Source: an uncultured virus (IMG/VR IMGVR_UViG_2684622643_000005) (lineage: Duplodnaviria > Heunggongvirae > Uroviricota > Caudoviricetes). Taken from it: a stretch of 20,000 nucleotides of DNA. The stretch covers positions 44,038 through 64,037 of IMG/VR virus record IMGVR_UViG_2684622643_000005; one strand, given 5' to 3'. Within the stretch, counting starts at the first letter, position 1; each line of letters starts with the position of its first letter. Below are positions 6,351-14,631 of the stretch, one piece after another. The translations under genes and the position numbers were made by a program. The notes under the pieces are model-generated. The model had not been told where the DNA came from, searched no databases, and was given only the letters and a program-made list of their open reading frames with translations.

Positions 6351-7486
6351 AGCTACGGATATCCAAGGGTAAGCGCACAAGGGTATGACCGCAGCAGGAA
6401 CAGCGCTTCGAACTGGGATACCAGCGGTCGATGGCGACGACCTGTCGGCCAGCCCATTCACCTTTGTACTCCAATTGTCGCGCAAACTCTCCCCAGCCGA
6501 CATCGGCAATGGATTTACTCAGTCTCGGATTGCGGATCATGTTCTTTACGGCTAGGGATTCGACGCAGACCACTTGGTTCTCGTTAATCAGTCTGCGGGA
6601 CAGCTTGTGCAAGCGGTCCATGCGGCAGTCGGAGATTTTTGCGTGAATACGGGCCACTTTCAGCCGGGCCTTGGAGCGGTTCTTCGAGCCGAGCTTCTTC
6701 TTGCTAAGCCTACGCTGCGCCTTAGCTAGGCGAGCTGCGTATTTCGCGGTATGGCGGGGATTGCCGATCCGTTCGCCATCGCTGGTGACGAACAGGTCTT
6801 TCAGGCCCAGGTCGATACCGATCATCTTCGGCGTGACGGGCAGAGCCTCGAACTCGAACTCGCAGAGGCAAGACACATAGTAGCGGCCTGCGGAGTCCCT
6901 CGAAACGGTGACGGTGGAAGGCTCGCTCGGAAGCGGTCTGCTCCAGCGTATATCAAGAGGAGTCCTGGACTTGGCCAGGTACAGCTTGCCGTCCCGGTAG
7001 CTGAACGCCGACCGGGTGAACTCAGCGGACTGCCGATGCTTCTTGCTTTTGTACGCAGGGTACTTCGTGCGGCCTGAAAAGAAGTTTTTGAAGGCGGACT
7101 GCTGGTGGCGAAGGCACTGCTGCAAGGGGACGCAGGAGACCTCGTTCAGCCACGGAAACTCGCCGGAGCGCTTGAGCCTGGTGAGTGCCGCGTTGGCCTC
7201 CAGATACCCGACCTTCTCCTGCCGCTGGAAGAACGCATCGGTTCGCCAGCGTAGGACATAGTTGTAGACGAAGCGCGTACAGCCGAACGTCTGAGCTAGC
7301 AATTGCGCCTGCTCAGAAGTCGGATAGAAACGGTATTTGTACGCACGGTTAGCCATGCGTCACATTTTACCATCGTTAATGTAAAGGTAGTCACGACGAA
7401 ACGGAGGAGGCGGGAACAGGGGCGCTCTGCGAGCGCCGTGCTATCCCTACCCCGCACTAGAAGTACGGGGTTTCCCGCGAAAACTG
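6173..7486 (-). mobile_element. IS200/IS605-family element, tnpB only (IS1341-like, non-autonomous)
   Basis: Minus-strand right end GAATCCCCTTCCTTCAGGGAGGGGAGCAGTCAA; left-end hairpin ACCCCGTACTTCTAGTGCGGGGT; removal restores …CGA GTA TGA overlapping ATG AGC; no tnpA present. Confidence 0.85.
6211..7356 (-). CDS. tnpB: RNA-guided endonuclease TnpB
   Basis: AYKYRFYPT N-terminus; RuvC motifs IGIDLG, VESL and DRDVNAA with D-E-D intact; Zn ribbon CSCCG…CQECG. Confidence 0.96.
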   Translation of the reverse strand: MANRAYKYRFYPTSEQAQLLAQTFGCTRFVYNYVLRWRTDAFFQRQEKVGYLEANAALTRLKRSGEFPWLNEVSCVPLQQCLRHQQSAFKNFFSGRTKYPAYKSKKHRQSAEFTRSAFSYRDGKLYLAKSRTPLDIRWSRPLPSEPSTVTVSRDSAGRYYVSCLCEFEFEALPVTPKMIGIDLGLKDLFVTSDGERIGNPRHTAKYAARLAKAQRRLSKKKLGSKNRSKARLKVARIHAKISDCRMDRLHKLSRRLINENQVVCVESLAVKNMIRNPRLSKSIADVGWGEFARQLEYKGEWAGRQVVAIDRWYPSSKRCSCCGHTLVRLPLDIRSWTCQECGTEHDRDVNAAINIRAAGLAVLALGENVSGIGQVPLSSSL

Positions 7487-8044
7487 ATGAGCATTGACTG
7501 GAACACGGCACCGGAGGGTGCGACTCATTGGGAGCCAACAGGACCTGATTTCTATGAAGGATGGATGAAGAAAGAAGGGACTGACTGGTTTTATTGGAGC
7601 GAATCAGGACACAAATGGATAAACGGGATTTTGACCTGCGATGTGTCCGCTGAGCGTGAGGCGACATTCGAGGCTAGACCGCAAGAGGCCTGGGACGGCC
7701 AGGGCCTGCCGCCGGTTGGGACGGTGTGTGAGTGGCACGAGTCTGATGGCTGGGCTTATACAGAAAGCAAGGTGGTCGCCTATACAGATGATGGGCTATT
7801 CGTCTGTATGCAGAAACAAGGCCGTCGGCCTGAAGTACTGCGGATAGATAATTGCGATTTCCGCCCCATCCGCACCCCCGAGCAGATCGCCGCAGCCGAG
7901 CGATGGGCTGCGATTCAGCAGATGCTGGCCTTTGCTGACGTGAAGTACGGCGCCGGCGAACTGATGTCCCCGAAGGAGTACGTAGAGACAGCCGTGGCCG
8001 CGCTCTATGACGCCGGCTACCGCCGCCAGGAGTCATCCACATGA
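7487..8044 (+). CDS. Pseudomonas phage hypothetical protein (MSIDWNTAPEGATHW…WDGQGLPPVG family)
   Basis: Recognisable phage family motifs; ATGA overlap with the next gene. Confidence 0.85.
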   Translation: MSIDWNTAPEGATHWEPTGPDFYEGWMKKEGTDWFYWSESGHKWINGILTCDVSAEREATFEARPQEAWDGQGLPPVGTVCEWHESDGWAYTESKVVAYTDDGLFVCMQKQGRRPEVLRIDNCDFRPIRTPEQIAAAERWAAIQQMLAFADVKYGAGELMSPKEYVETAVAALYDAGYRRQESST

Positions 8045-8154
8045 CCATCACCATAGACCTGAAAGAGGCCGCCAAGACAACGTTCTTCGCGGCCTTTTTC
8101 TTGGGCAGCATCCTGGCCTTCGCCGTGGCGTTTGTTGAGGTGGCGGGGCTATGA
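8041..8154 (+). CDS. 37-aa membrane peptide (MTITIDLKEAAKTTFFAAFFLGSILAFAVAFVEVAGL)
   Basis: AGGAG RBS; ATGA overlaps at both ends. Confidence 0.7.
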   Translation: MTITIDLKEAAKTTFFAAFFLGSILAFAVAFVEVAGL

Positions 8155-8321
8155 AGCGCGCACCAGTCGATTTACTCCGCAAGGCCATAGAGGCCGCCCA
8201 GGTGCTCAAAAATACGGGCGTTCTGTTCGTGCCCATGCCTGTCCTTAGCCAAGAGGACCATGAGCAGCTAACCAGTGAAATGCTGGCTCGGCTGACAAAG
8301 CTTGAGGAGGACGAGGAATGA
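8151..8321 (+). CDS. DUF1382-like (lambda orf63-like) protein, 56 aa
   Basis: MKRAPVDLLRKAIEAAQVLKNTGVLFVPMPV resembles the orf63 G-V-x-FVP-x-PV motif; ATGA overlaps. Confidence 0.7.
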   Translation: MKRAPVDLLRKAIEAAQVLKNTGVLFVPMPVLSQEDHEQLTSEMLARLTKLEEDEE

Positions 8322-8455
8322 ACCCCCGCCGCACAGCAATCTGGCTAGGCAGCCTCTTTGGCGGCCTGCTGTACCTGTTCATTCTCGCAGCCGGCCCGAT
8401 ATGGGGCGGGATCATCACAGCAGAATCTACGCACCTGTCCGCAGCAGGCCGGTAA
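8318..8455 (+). CDS. 45-aa membrane peptide (MNPRRTAIWLGSLFGGLLYLFILAAGPIWGG…)
   Basis: GAGGAGG RBS; ATGA overlap; hydrophobic core. Confidence 0.7.
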   Translation: MNPRRTAIWLGSLFGGLLYLFILAAGPIWGGIITAESTHLSAAGR

Positions 8456-8634
8456 TCCGGATAACTGCGGCTTCCCCAGCGGGCGGTGGGCGGCATGAAG
8501 AAAACACCCGCAGCAGCGGCTTCTAGCGCAACGCTATTCATCCCGCAGGGGTGACGCTGCCGAGTGGCGCCGTAAGCGCTTTTCCCTTCTAACCCCTCCC
8601 TTCATTGGCTGCGCATGCGCGGCGAGGATCACTC

Positions 8635-9381
8635 ATGCATACCCAAAACATGCGGCTATGGGATCAGGTTCAAGCAACCGACCCATCTGCCACCAAGAGC
8701 GCAAAAGTCGATGGTCAGCAGATCACGTCGATCAGCGGCCAGCACATGATCATGAAGGCTACCCAGATGTTCGGCCCTGTCGGGATCGGGTGGGGCTGGA
8801 CGGTCATCGAGGAGCGCTTTGACCAGGGCGGCCCGATCTTCCGTGAAATCACCGACGCTGACGGAAAGAAGGTCAGCGAACTAATTGGTCACGAAGTCGG
8901 GCACACCGTGCGCATCAAACTGTGGTTCGAATTGGACGGCAAGCGCGGAGAGGTAGAGCAATACGGTTGCACGCCGTTCTCCTACCGGTCCAAGTGGGGA
9001 ATCACCACCGACACCGAGGCTCCGAAAAAATCACTAACGGACGCCGTGAAGAAATCTCTTGCGATGCTCGGGTTCAGCGCGGACATCTTCCTTGGCTTGT
9101 TCGACGACCGCGACTATGTGGAAGCACGTCGTGAAGAGGAGCAGATCGCCAAGGCCGAGGACCAGCAGGCCGCAGAAGAGCAGGCGAATGAAGAGCGCCT
9201 CGCCTACATCAAATCGATTATCGAGACGATGCAAGGCGCCCAGTCCCAGTACGAACTCAAGAAGATCCACGACGTTGCCGTGCGCAAGCTCACTGCGCGC
9301 AAAGACGATAGTGGCGTCAAGCGCATTGCTCGCGAATTCTCCGAGCAGATCAAGCGATTCACCGAGGAGAAGGCGGCATGA
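8635..9381 (+). CDS. Rad52/Sak-family single-strand annealing protein
   Basis: FGPVGIGWGW and KKSLTDAVKKSLAMLGFSADIF motifs; GAGG RBS before the ATG at 8635. Confidence 0.75.
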   Translation: MHTQNMRLWDQVQATDPSATKSAKVDGQQITSISGQHMIMKATQMFGPVGIGWGWTVIEERFDQGGPIFREITDADGKKVSELIGHEVGHTVRIKLWFELDGKRGEVEQYGCTPFSYRSKWGITTDTEAPKKSLTDAVKKSLAMLGFSADIFLGLFDDRDYVEARREEEQIAKAEDQQAAEEQANEERLAYIKSIIETMQGAQSQYELKKIHDVAVRKLTARKDDSGVKRIAREFSEQIKRFTEEKAA

Positions 9382-9875
9382 CCCAACTCTACAAGCTCAC
9401 CGAGCAGTTTCTTGAACTTGCAGCCCTGGCAGAAACGGCTGATGAAGGCATGGCTGTGGCTGTCCGGGACACCATGCAAGCAATCGGGGGAGAGTTCGAA
9501 GAAAAAGGAAAGGCCCTGGCAACGGTCGTCCTGAACATGGATACCGACGTCGAAGCGCTCGACCGTGAAATAGAGCGACTGAACGACCGGAAGAGGGCAA
9601 TAAAGGCTCGCCAGGACTCGATGAAGGAATACCTGCGGGAAAACATGGAAGCAGCCGGCATCAAGAAGATCAGTTGCCCCCTCTTTTCCATCACCTGCGT
9701 TGAGGGGCGAGAGATCGCCGTGATCGACGACGAAAAGAAGCTGCCCGACGAACTGGTCAAGGTGAAGGTCGAAACCAGTCCTGACAAGAATGCAATCGCG
9801 CGGGCTTTGAAAGACGGCAAGGACGTACCCGGCGCTCATTTGGAGCGGGCGAAGTCTTCAATCAGGATCAAGTGA
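9378..9875 (+). CDS. Siphovirus Gp157-family protein
   Basis: LYKLT…EEK…LDREIERL…LRENM…PDKNAIARALKDGKDVPGAHLE…SIRIK. Confidence 0.92.
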   Translation: MTQLYKLTEQFLELAALAETADEGMAVAVRDTMQAIGGEFEEKGKALATVVLNMDTDVEALDREIERLNDRKRAIKARQDSMKEYLRENMEAAGIKKISCPLFSITCVEGREIAVIDDEKKLPDELVKVKVETSPDKNAIARALKDGKDVPGAHLERAKSSIRIK

Positions 9876-9885
9876 GGAAAGCAGC

Positions 9886-10197
9886 ATGAGCGTGAAATAC
9901 GATGTTGTGGCAACCGTTGGCCAGTACGAGAAAGACGGCCAGACCAAATACCTGAGCCGAAAAGTAGGCGTGATCGTCAATACCAAGCATGGATTCCGCT
10001 TAAAGATGGACGCCTGCTTCAATCCAGCCGGATGTCCTCGCACCGATGATGGCGGCGTATGGCTCGCGCTGTTCGAGTCGAAGGAGAAGGAACAACAGCA
10101 ACGCCAACAACAGAGCCAGCAAGCGGCACCGCCTGCCAGTAACGACTTCGACGACGACATCCCATTCAGCCCGCTGCCATATCTAGCCGGCTCCTGA
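9886..10197 (+). CDS. Phage SSB-like protein
   Basis: Short beta-rich domain, Gln-rich linker, NDFDDDIPF motif; located in the recombination module. Confidence 0.75.
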   Translation: MSVKYDVVATVGQYEKDGQTKYLSRKVGVIVNTKHGFRLKMDACFNPAGCPRTDDGGVWLALFESKEKEQQQRQQQSQQAAPPASNDFDDDIPFSPLPYLAGS

Positions 10198-10214
10198 CCC
10201 ATGCAGGAGCCACC

Positions 10215-10373
10215 ATGTACATCAAGAAAGACGTCATCGAGGTCATCAAGTACGCGGCGATGATGGCGGCCTGCTCTCGCCAGTCCTGGGGAATCTACCC
10301 CATGAACCAGGGCTACAAGGCCATGCCCTTCCGTGGCGACTATCACCGCGTCGTCGAAGTCTGCCATCCCTGA
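10215..10373 (+). CDS. Hypothetical phage protein (52 aa, MYIKKDVIEVIK…)
   Basis: AGGAG RBS; strong Pseudomonas-type codon usage; below the ORF track cutoff. Confidence 0.7.
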   Translation: MYIKKDVIEVIKYAAMMAACSRQSWGIYPMNQGYKAMPFRGDYHRVVEVCHP

Positions 10374-10432
10374 ACCATTCCTAATGCCTGACGCTGCATT
10401 GCGGCGCGGCGGACCATTGCCTGGAGAAAGTC

Positions 10433-10645
10433 ATGAGGCTGACCAGCATTCCACGCATCAAGAGCATCAACCTGAGTCAAAAACGTTTCGAGCGCCGCCG
10501 TCGCCTGTATGCACGAAAGATTCACTGGGAGCTATTCGGCGGGCCTCTAGGGGGGGCATGGCTATGTACGCCTGGAACCCTGAAGTTCAGCATTCCAGGC
10601 TGGAGCGGCTACTACGACGGCGAAAACAAGTGGGTGGAAGCATGA
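10433..10645 (+). CDS. Basic hypothetical phage protein (70 aa)
   Basis: GGAG RBS; ATGA overlap with the next gene. Confidence 0.7.
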   Translation: MRLTSIPRIKSINLSQKRFERRRRLYARKIHWELFGGPLGGAWLCTPGTLKFSIPGWSGYYDGENKWVEA

Positions 10646-10848
10646 ACACTCACGAATTCATCAAGAAGCAGGTAGACCAGCAGTTGCAGCGCGACGGGTT
10701 CCCTTCGGGAATCTGCATGGTCATCGCCGACGAGGCGCTTGATTACTACAAGCGCAAGCAGACCTTCCCCAAAGGCGCCTTCAACGAGTGCATGGTCTTC
10801 GCCCGAAAACGAGCGAAAGAGATGACCGGCAAGAAGAAGTCCGCCTGA
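10642..10848 (+). CDS. Hypothetical phage protein (68 aa, MNTHEFIKKQ…)
   Basis: Start corrected from 10333 to the ATGA overlap. Confidence 0.75.
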   Translation: MNTHEFIKKQVDQQLQRDGFPSGICMVIADEALDYYKRKQTFPKGAFNECMVFARKRAKEMTGKKKSA

Positions 10849-10868
10849 CCCCGAACAGGAATAACCCC

Positions 10869-11081
10869 ATGCACCAGCTAACAGCGAATCACCGCCCTGG
10901 CGGTGTGACGGTCACCGGCTGGCCCGAAGAAAGCCAGCTCATGACCCCAGACGACATTCTGCTATTCGCGAGAGCGGTGAGGCAGATAGCGATCAACCAG
11001 GCCCAGGGCGCCGAGGGTGTTCTGTGCTACCCGGAGGATGAGCCATGCCCTTCGACGACAACGCCGCATACCGCCGCATAA
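10869..11081 (+). CDS. Hypothetical phage protein (MHQLTANHRPGG…)
   Basis: AGGA RBS before the ATG at 10869. Confidence 0.65.
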   Translation: MHQLTANHRPGGVTVTGWPEESQLMTPDDILLFARAVRQIAINQAQGAEGVLCYPEDEPCPSTTTPHTAA

Positions 11082-11254
11082 ACGCCCTCTGCTCAACCCC
11101 TGCGCCAGCCCGCTACCTCAACCTACCAACAGGCATCCACTGGGTCGTCATCGACAGCCTGGGCAATGTCCTGCAACTCGAAAACATCGAGCGCCGGCGC
11201 CGACTGATAACCGTTTCTGACCTCGAAACCGAGGCCTGGAGAAAGCTCCCATGA
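11045..11254 (+). CDS. Hypothetical phage protein (69 aa)
   Basis: GGAGG RBS; ATGA overlap with the next gene. Confidence 0.7.
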   Translation: MPFDDNAAYRRINALCSTPAPARYLNLPTGIHWVVIDSLGNVLQLENIERRRRLITVSDLETEAWRKLP

Positions 11255-11619
11255 CCGAAGAGAACGCTTGGACCGGCGAATGCTGGTCCGCCAACGACGA
11301 AGACTTCAACTGCGTGAGCCTGGCCGACCTGCTCAACGAGAACGAAGACCTCAAGCCAGGAGACACCGTATACCGAGCCCAAGCGATCAAGCCCGACCCG
11401 ACTGGCTATGTGCATGCAAGGGATGTGATCGAGTTGCTCGGAGAGCGCGCATGGGATGACGGTGGAGAGCATGCAGAGGGCTGGCCAGATATCGGCAAGG
11501 AAGAAGAGGAGGAGCTCAACCAGTTGCTGGAGAGCTGGATTCGCAAACACTGCCCTACAACGACCTGGTGGCGGGTGAAGGATTCGACCCCGTACGTCCT
11601 CACCGAATCCGACTTCTGA
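11251..11619 (+). CDS. Acidic hypothetical phage protein (122 aa)
   Basis: Coupled start; WSANDEDFN motif. Confidence 0.8.
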   Translation: MTEENAWTGECWSANDEDFNCVSLADLLNENEDLKPGDTVYRAQAIKPDPTGYVHARDVIELLGERAWDDGGEHAEGWPDIGKEEEEELNQLLESWIRKHCPTTTWWRVKDSTPYVLTESDF

Positions 11620-11636
11620 CCCAGGAGCAACGACCA

Positions 11637-13040
11637 ATGAACAAAGCGAATGAATGCACCTGCCCTTCTGGCGACGGCTCCCTCGTCCATCCGTGCCCGG
11701 CACATCCTGCGGTAGAGCAGGTAGGCGGGGATGAGCGCGCGGCGTTTGAGGCTGCTTTTGCTGCAATGGGTAGGCCGGTATGTCGTGCTGATTACGACCA
11801 GGACGCCTACGGAACCCCATTCGATGATGGCGGATGGACTGGCTGGCAAGCCCGCGCCGCCCTGGCGCAACCCTCCCCGGTGCGCTCGAGCCTCTTGATC
11901 AACGGATACCAGTTGCGCGCCGCCCTGGACTTCATTGCGCCGGATGGCACTGCCGAGCAACTGAAAAGCGAGGCCTGCATCGAGTGGCGCCAGCAGGATG
12001 CCGATTTCCTCGAAGCAGGCCTATACGCCTTCTGCGCTGAGTATCCCGAAGAAGGCGGCGTCTTGTTGGATGAGGAGCCAACCACTGCGCAACCATCCCC
12101 GTTGCAGTCCGATCAGGCAGAGGCGGAGCGGCCGGCATTGTGGGCTGTACATGCCCAGGGGCCGGACGAACTGTACGCAGCATTCAGCCGCGAAGACGCG
12201 GAGAAACATGCCGCCGAGCTGAACGCCCTGCCAATGCCTGAAGGGATCGCGGTTGGCGCCGTGGTCGTTCCCTCCCCCTGGCCGGCTGTCCAGCACTGGC
12301 AGTATCTGGCCGAACAGGAGCAAGACCACAAGAACGAGATCGCCGGGCGCCTGCGCCAGCTCGAGCGCATCTGCGAAGGGCTGCCGCAAGACGCCATCGA
12401 TGGCGGCTGGACCGTGCAAGGCATTCGCGGCTATGCCAAGCGCTTGGAGGATCAACTGAAGGCCGCCCTGGCCAGGGTCGCGGAGCTGGAACGCGGCAAG
12501 GTCTACGTCGAAGCCCGGCAATGCGACGAGTGCCAGCATGGCGGGATCAACGATTCCGCCACGGGCGTGGCTGCCTGCCACGAATGCGATTGGACCGGAC
12601 CAGAGCCGGAAGAGGATAGGTGCCCTGGTTGCCAGAGGGAGAATTGCATGGCCGCAGCCTGCCCGCAGTGTGGCGCCCGATATGTCCTTGTTGCCAGCGA
12701 AGAGATAGCCGCCCCTGTAGCCCAGGCTCAGCAACTCAACGACCTGGACAAACAGTGTCGCGATGACGTGGCACGTGCGCTTGGTTTGCGCCCGAATCAG
12801 GAGCGCGGCTTCGCCTGGTCCTACCTGTTGGCGTCGATCAAGTCATGCGTGAAGGCCTCCGGGGATAGCGCCCAGGCTCAGCACAGCGTGCCGGAGGGGC
12901 TAGCCCTGATCCCGGCTCGCGAGACGGAGGCAATGCACGATGCCGTGATGGCGCTGCTGTACAAGGGCGTCGCCCGCACCGATACGCAGAAGCTGCTGGA
13001 TGCGTACATCGCCGCCACGCCCGGCAAGGAGGGGGTGTGA
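11637..13040 (+). CDS. Mosaic Ead/Ea22-like protein with a Cys-rich module
   Basis: AGGAG RBS; CTCPSGDGSL…PCPAHP, DERAAFE…WQARAAL, ARVAELE and CxxC clusters. Confidence 0.8.
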   Translation: MNKANECTCPSGDGSLVHPCPAHPAVEQVGGDERAAFEAAFAAMGRPVCRADYDQDAYGTPFDDGGWTGWQARAALAQPSPVRSSLLINGYQLRAALDFIAPDGTAEQLKSEACIEWRQQDADFLEAGLYAFCAEYPEEGGVLLDEEPTTAQPSPLQSDQAEAERPALWAVHAQGPDELYAAFSREDAEKHAAELNALPMPEGIAVGAVVVPSPWPAVQHWQYLAEQEQDHKNEIAGRLRQLERICEGLPQDAIDGGWTVQGIRGYAKRLEDQLKAALARVAELERGKVYVEARQCDECQHGGINDSATGVAACHECDWTGPEPEEDRCPGCQRENCMAAACPQCGARYVLVASEEIAAPVAQAQQLNDLDKQCRDDVARALGLRPNQERGFAWSYLLASIKSCVKASGDSAQAQHSVPEGLALIPARETEAMHDAVMALLYKGVARTDTQKLLDAYIAATPGKEGV

Positions 13041-13219
13041 TGGATACGTTGAAACCCTGCAAATGTGGCTACGACGGATCCCTGGCTGGGATCAGGCATA
13101 AAGAGGGATACCTCTCTTTGCACTGCCAGAAGTGCAACCACTCAGTTCAGGCATTCACCGGCGAAGGCCTGGTAGATGCCTGGAACAAGTCGGTCAGCAA
13201 GGAGGTAGGTCATGAGTGA
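13037..13219 (+). CDS. Lar-like (restriction alleviation) Zn-ribbon protein
   Basis: LKPCKCG…CQKC…VDAWN pattern; GTGA overlap. Confidence 0.65.
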   Translation: MMDTLKPCKCGYDGSLAGIRHKEGYLSLHCQKCNHSVQAFTGEGLVDAWNKSVSKEVGHE

Positions 13220-13823
13220 GGTGAAGCGGTTCGACCATGTGAACCACGCTCACATTGATGACTGTGAACATGTTGAGTCCAGCGAAGGGGCGTGGGTGAC
13301 GGCCTCCGACTACGACGCCCTAGCTGCCAAGCTAACCATGGCTGAGGACGCAGCAGAAAAGGGAGATGCTGCTCGCCAGCAATGCGGCGGCATGGAAATG
13401 GAGATCGAGGAACTTCGCGCTGAACTAGCGGAACTGCGCGCAAGGGTGGTGGTTGTGCCGGAGCGAAAACTCCTAAATGCCGGAGTCCCAGGGCTGAATC
13501 GTAATAGCGGCTGGAACGCCTGCCTCGACGAACTGGCGCGCATCAACGGTATGACGGTCAGCGAGGGGCTTGTGCAGGGGATGGCCAAGTTCGCGCGCGA
13601 GATCATCTGCGGAGCCCTCGATGGCGGAAGCTTCGATGGGGCAGACATACAGGAAAGCGCTGAACGCCATGGACTGATCGCCAAGCAGGTGATGAACGAG
13701 CCGTGCCGCGGCCCAGAAGAGTACTGCGCCTGCGCCTGGTCTACCTCGTTCCCGGCTGAATGCTACCGGGTAACTCCAGAGATTCGCGCCCTGCTGAGCG
13801 AGCAGGAGGGAGGGAAGCAATGA
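13212..13823 (+). CDS. Ead/Ea22-like hypothetical phage protein
   Basis: MSEVKRFD…GAWV…DYDAL, coiled coil, GWNACLDE. Confidence 0.8.
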   Translation: MSEVKRFDHVNHAHIDDCEHVESSEGAWVTASDYDALAAKLTMAEDAAEKGDAARQQCGGMEMEIEELRAELAELRARVVVVPERKLLNAGVPGLNRNSGWNACLDELARINGMTVSEGLVQGMAKFAREIICGALDGGSFDGADIQESAERHGLIAKQVMNEPCRGPEEYCACAWSTSFPAECYRVTPEIRALLSEQEGGKQ

Positions 13824-14560
13824 GAACACAGATATGGAGTTCTGGTGGAGGTACTCAAAGCTCAGCAATCGCAGCGTTGATATGTCAGGGGGAGCTTACT
13901 CCTGACCTGTCGATCATCGTTGACACTGAGCGCGAGATGAGCACGACATGGGAATACCTGGATCGCTGGGTTCTACCAGCGCTTGATGCCGCTGGAGTCA
14001 AACTGAACAGAGTTGCCAAGAGCAGCTATGCGACCGTCGACCTGATGCGCAATGACGACGTGCTGATTCCGGCATTCACAACAGAAAGCGGGGCTGTAGG
14101 GAAGCTCCCGACATATTGCAGCAATGAGTGGAAACAGCGTGTTATGCGCCGCTGGGCAACCGAACAAGGGGTTATTCAGGCTGACGTCTGGCTTGGCATG
14201 ACAATCGACGAGCTACGCCGTGTGACACAGCCAGTTGGTAAATGGCAGCACAGATACCCGCTGATTGAGCGGCGCATGACACGAGGTGATTGCATTGCAA
14301 TGGTCAAGCGTATGGGTTGGCCAGAGCCTCCCCGGTCGGCCTGCTACATGTGCCCCAATATGAGTTCGCATGATCGGAGATGGCAGAAAGAGAATGCTCC
14401 AGCCGACTTTGAGAGAGCATGCGAGTTTGACAGGCAATTGCGACTCATTGATCAGGACCTGTGGCTGGTTGAAACGGCAGAACCTCTAGAGGAGGCTGAC
14501 TTTTCGATTGAAAGCGACCTTTTCACCGGCAGGTGCGATTCGGGAATGTGCTTCAACTAG
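13820..14560 (+). CDS. PAPS-reductase-like / adenine nucleotide alpha-hydrolase family protein with Cys motifs
   Basis: PP-loop-like WSSGGGTQSS, VDTERE…TWEYL, CSNEWK, YPL, PPRSACYMCP and terminal CDSGMCF; starts at an ATGA overlap. Confidence 0.75.
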   Translation: MRTQIWSSGGGTQSSAIAALICQGELTPDLSIIVDTEREMSTTWEYLDRWVLPALDAAGVKLNRVAKSSYATVDLMRNDDVLIPAFTTESGAVGKLPTYCSNEWKQRVMRRWATEQGVIQADVWLGMTIDELRRVTQPVGKWQHRYPLIERRMTRGDCIAMVKRMGWPEPPRSACYMCPNMSSHDRRWQKENAPADFERACEFDRQLRLIDQDLWLVETAEPLEEADFSIESDLFTGRCDSGMCFN

Positions 14561-14577
14561 CCACCCATCGCCATCCA

Positions 14578-14593
14578 CTGTACGCATATACAG
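14578..14593. promoter_or_regulatory. LexA (SOS) box
   Basis: CTGTACGCATATACAG matches CTGT-N8-ACAG; intergenic, with a GATAAT -10-like hexamer at 14601-06. Confidence 0.75.
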
Positions 14594-14631
14594 CAATTCG
14601 GATAATGGGCTACCCACTACCCGGATTGAAT

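Noticed and set aside
6173..7500. TTGACTG at 6173 and 7494 as a target-site duplication
   Set aside because: IS200/IS605 elements make no TSD, and that boundary would delete the ATG of the next gene; the 6173-7486 boundary restores a clean ATGA overlap.
9204..12734. Long minus-strand ORFs (9204-9839, 11113-11820, 12021-12734)
   Set aside because: Antisense shadows of GC-rich + strand genes with recognisable motifs.
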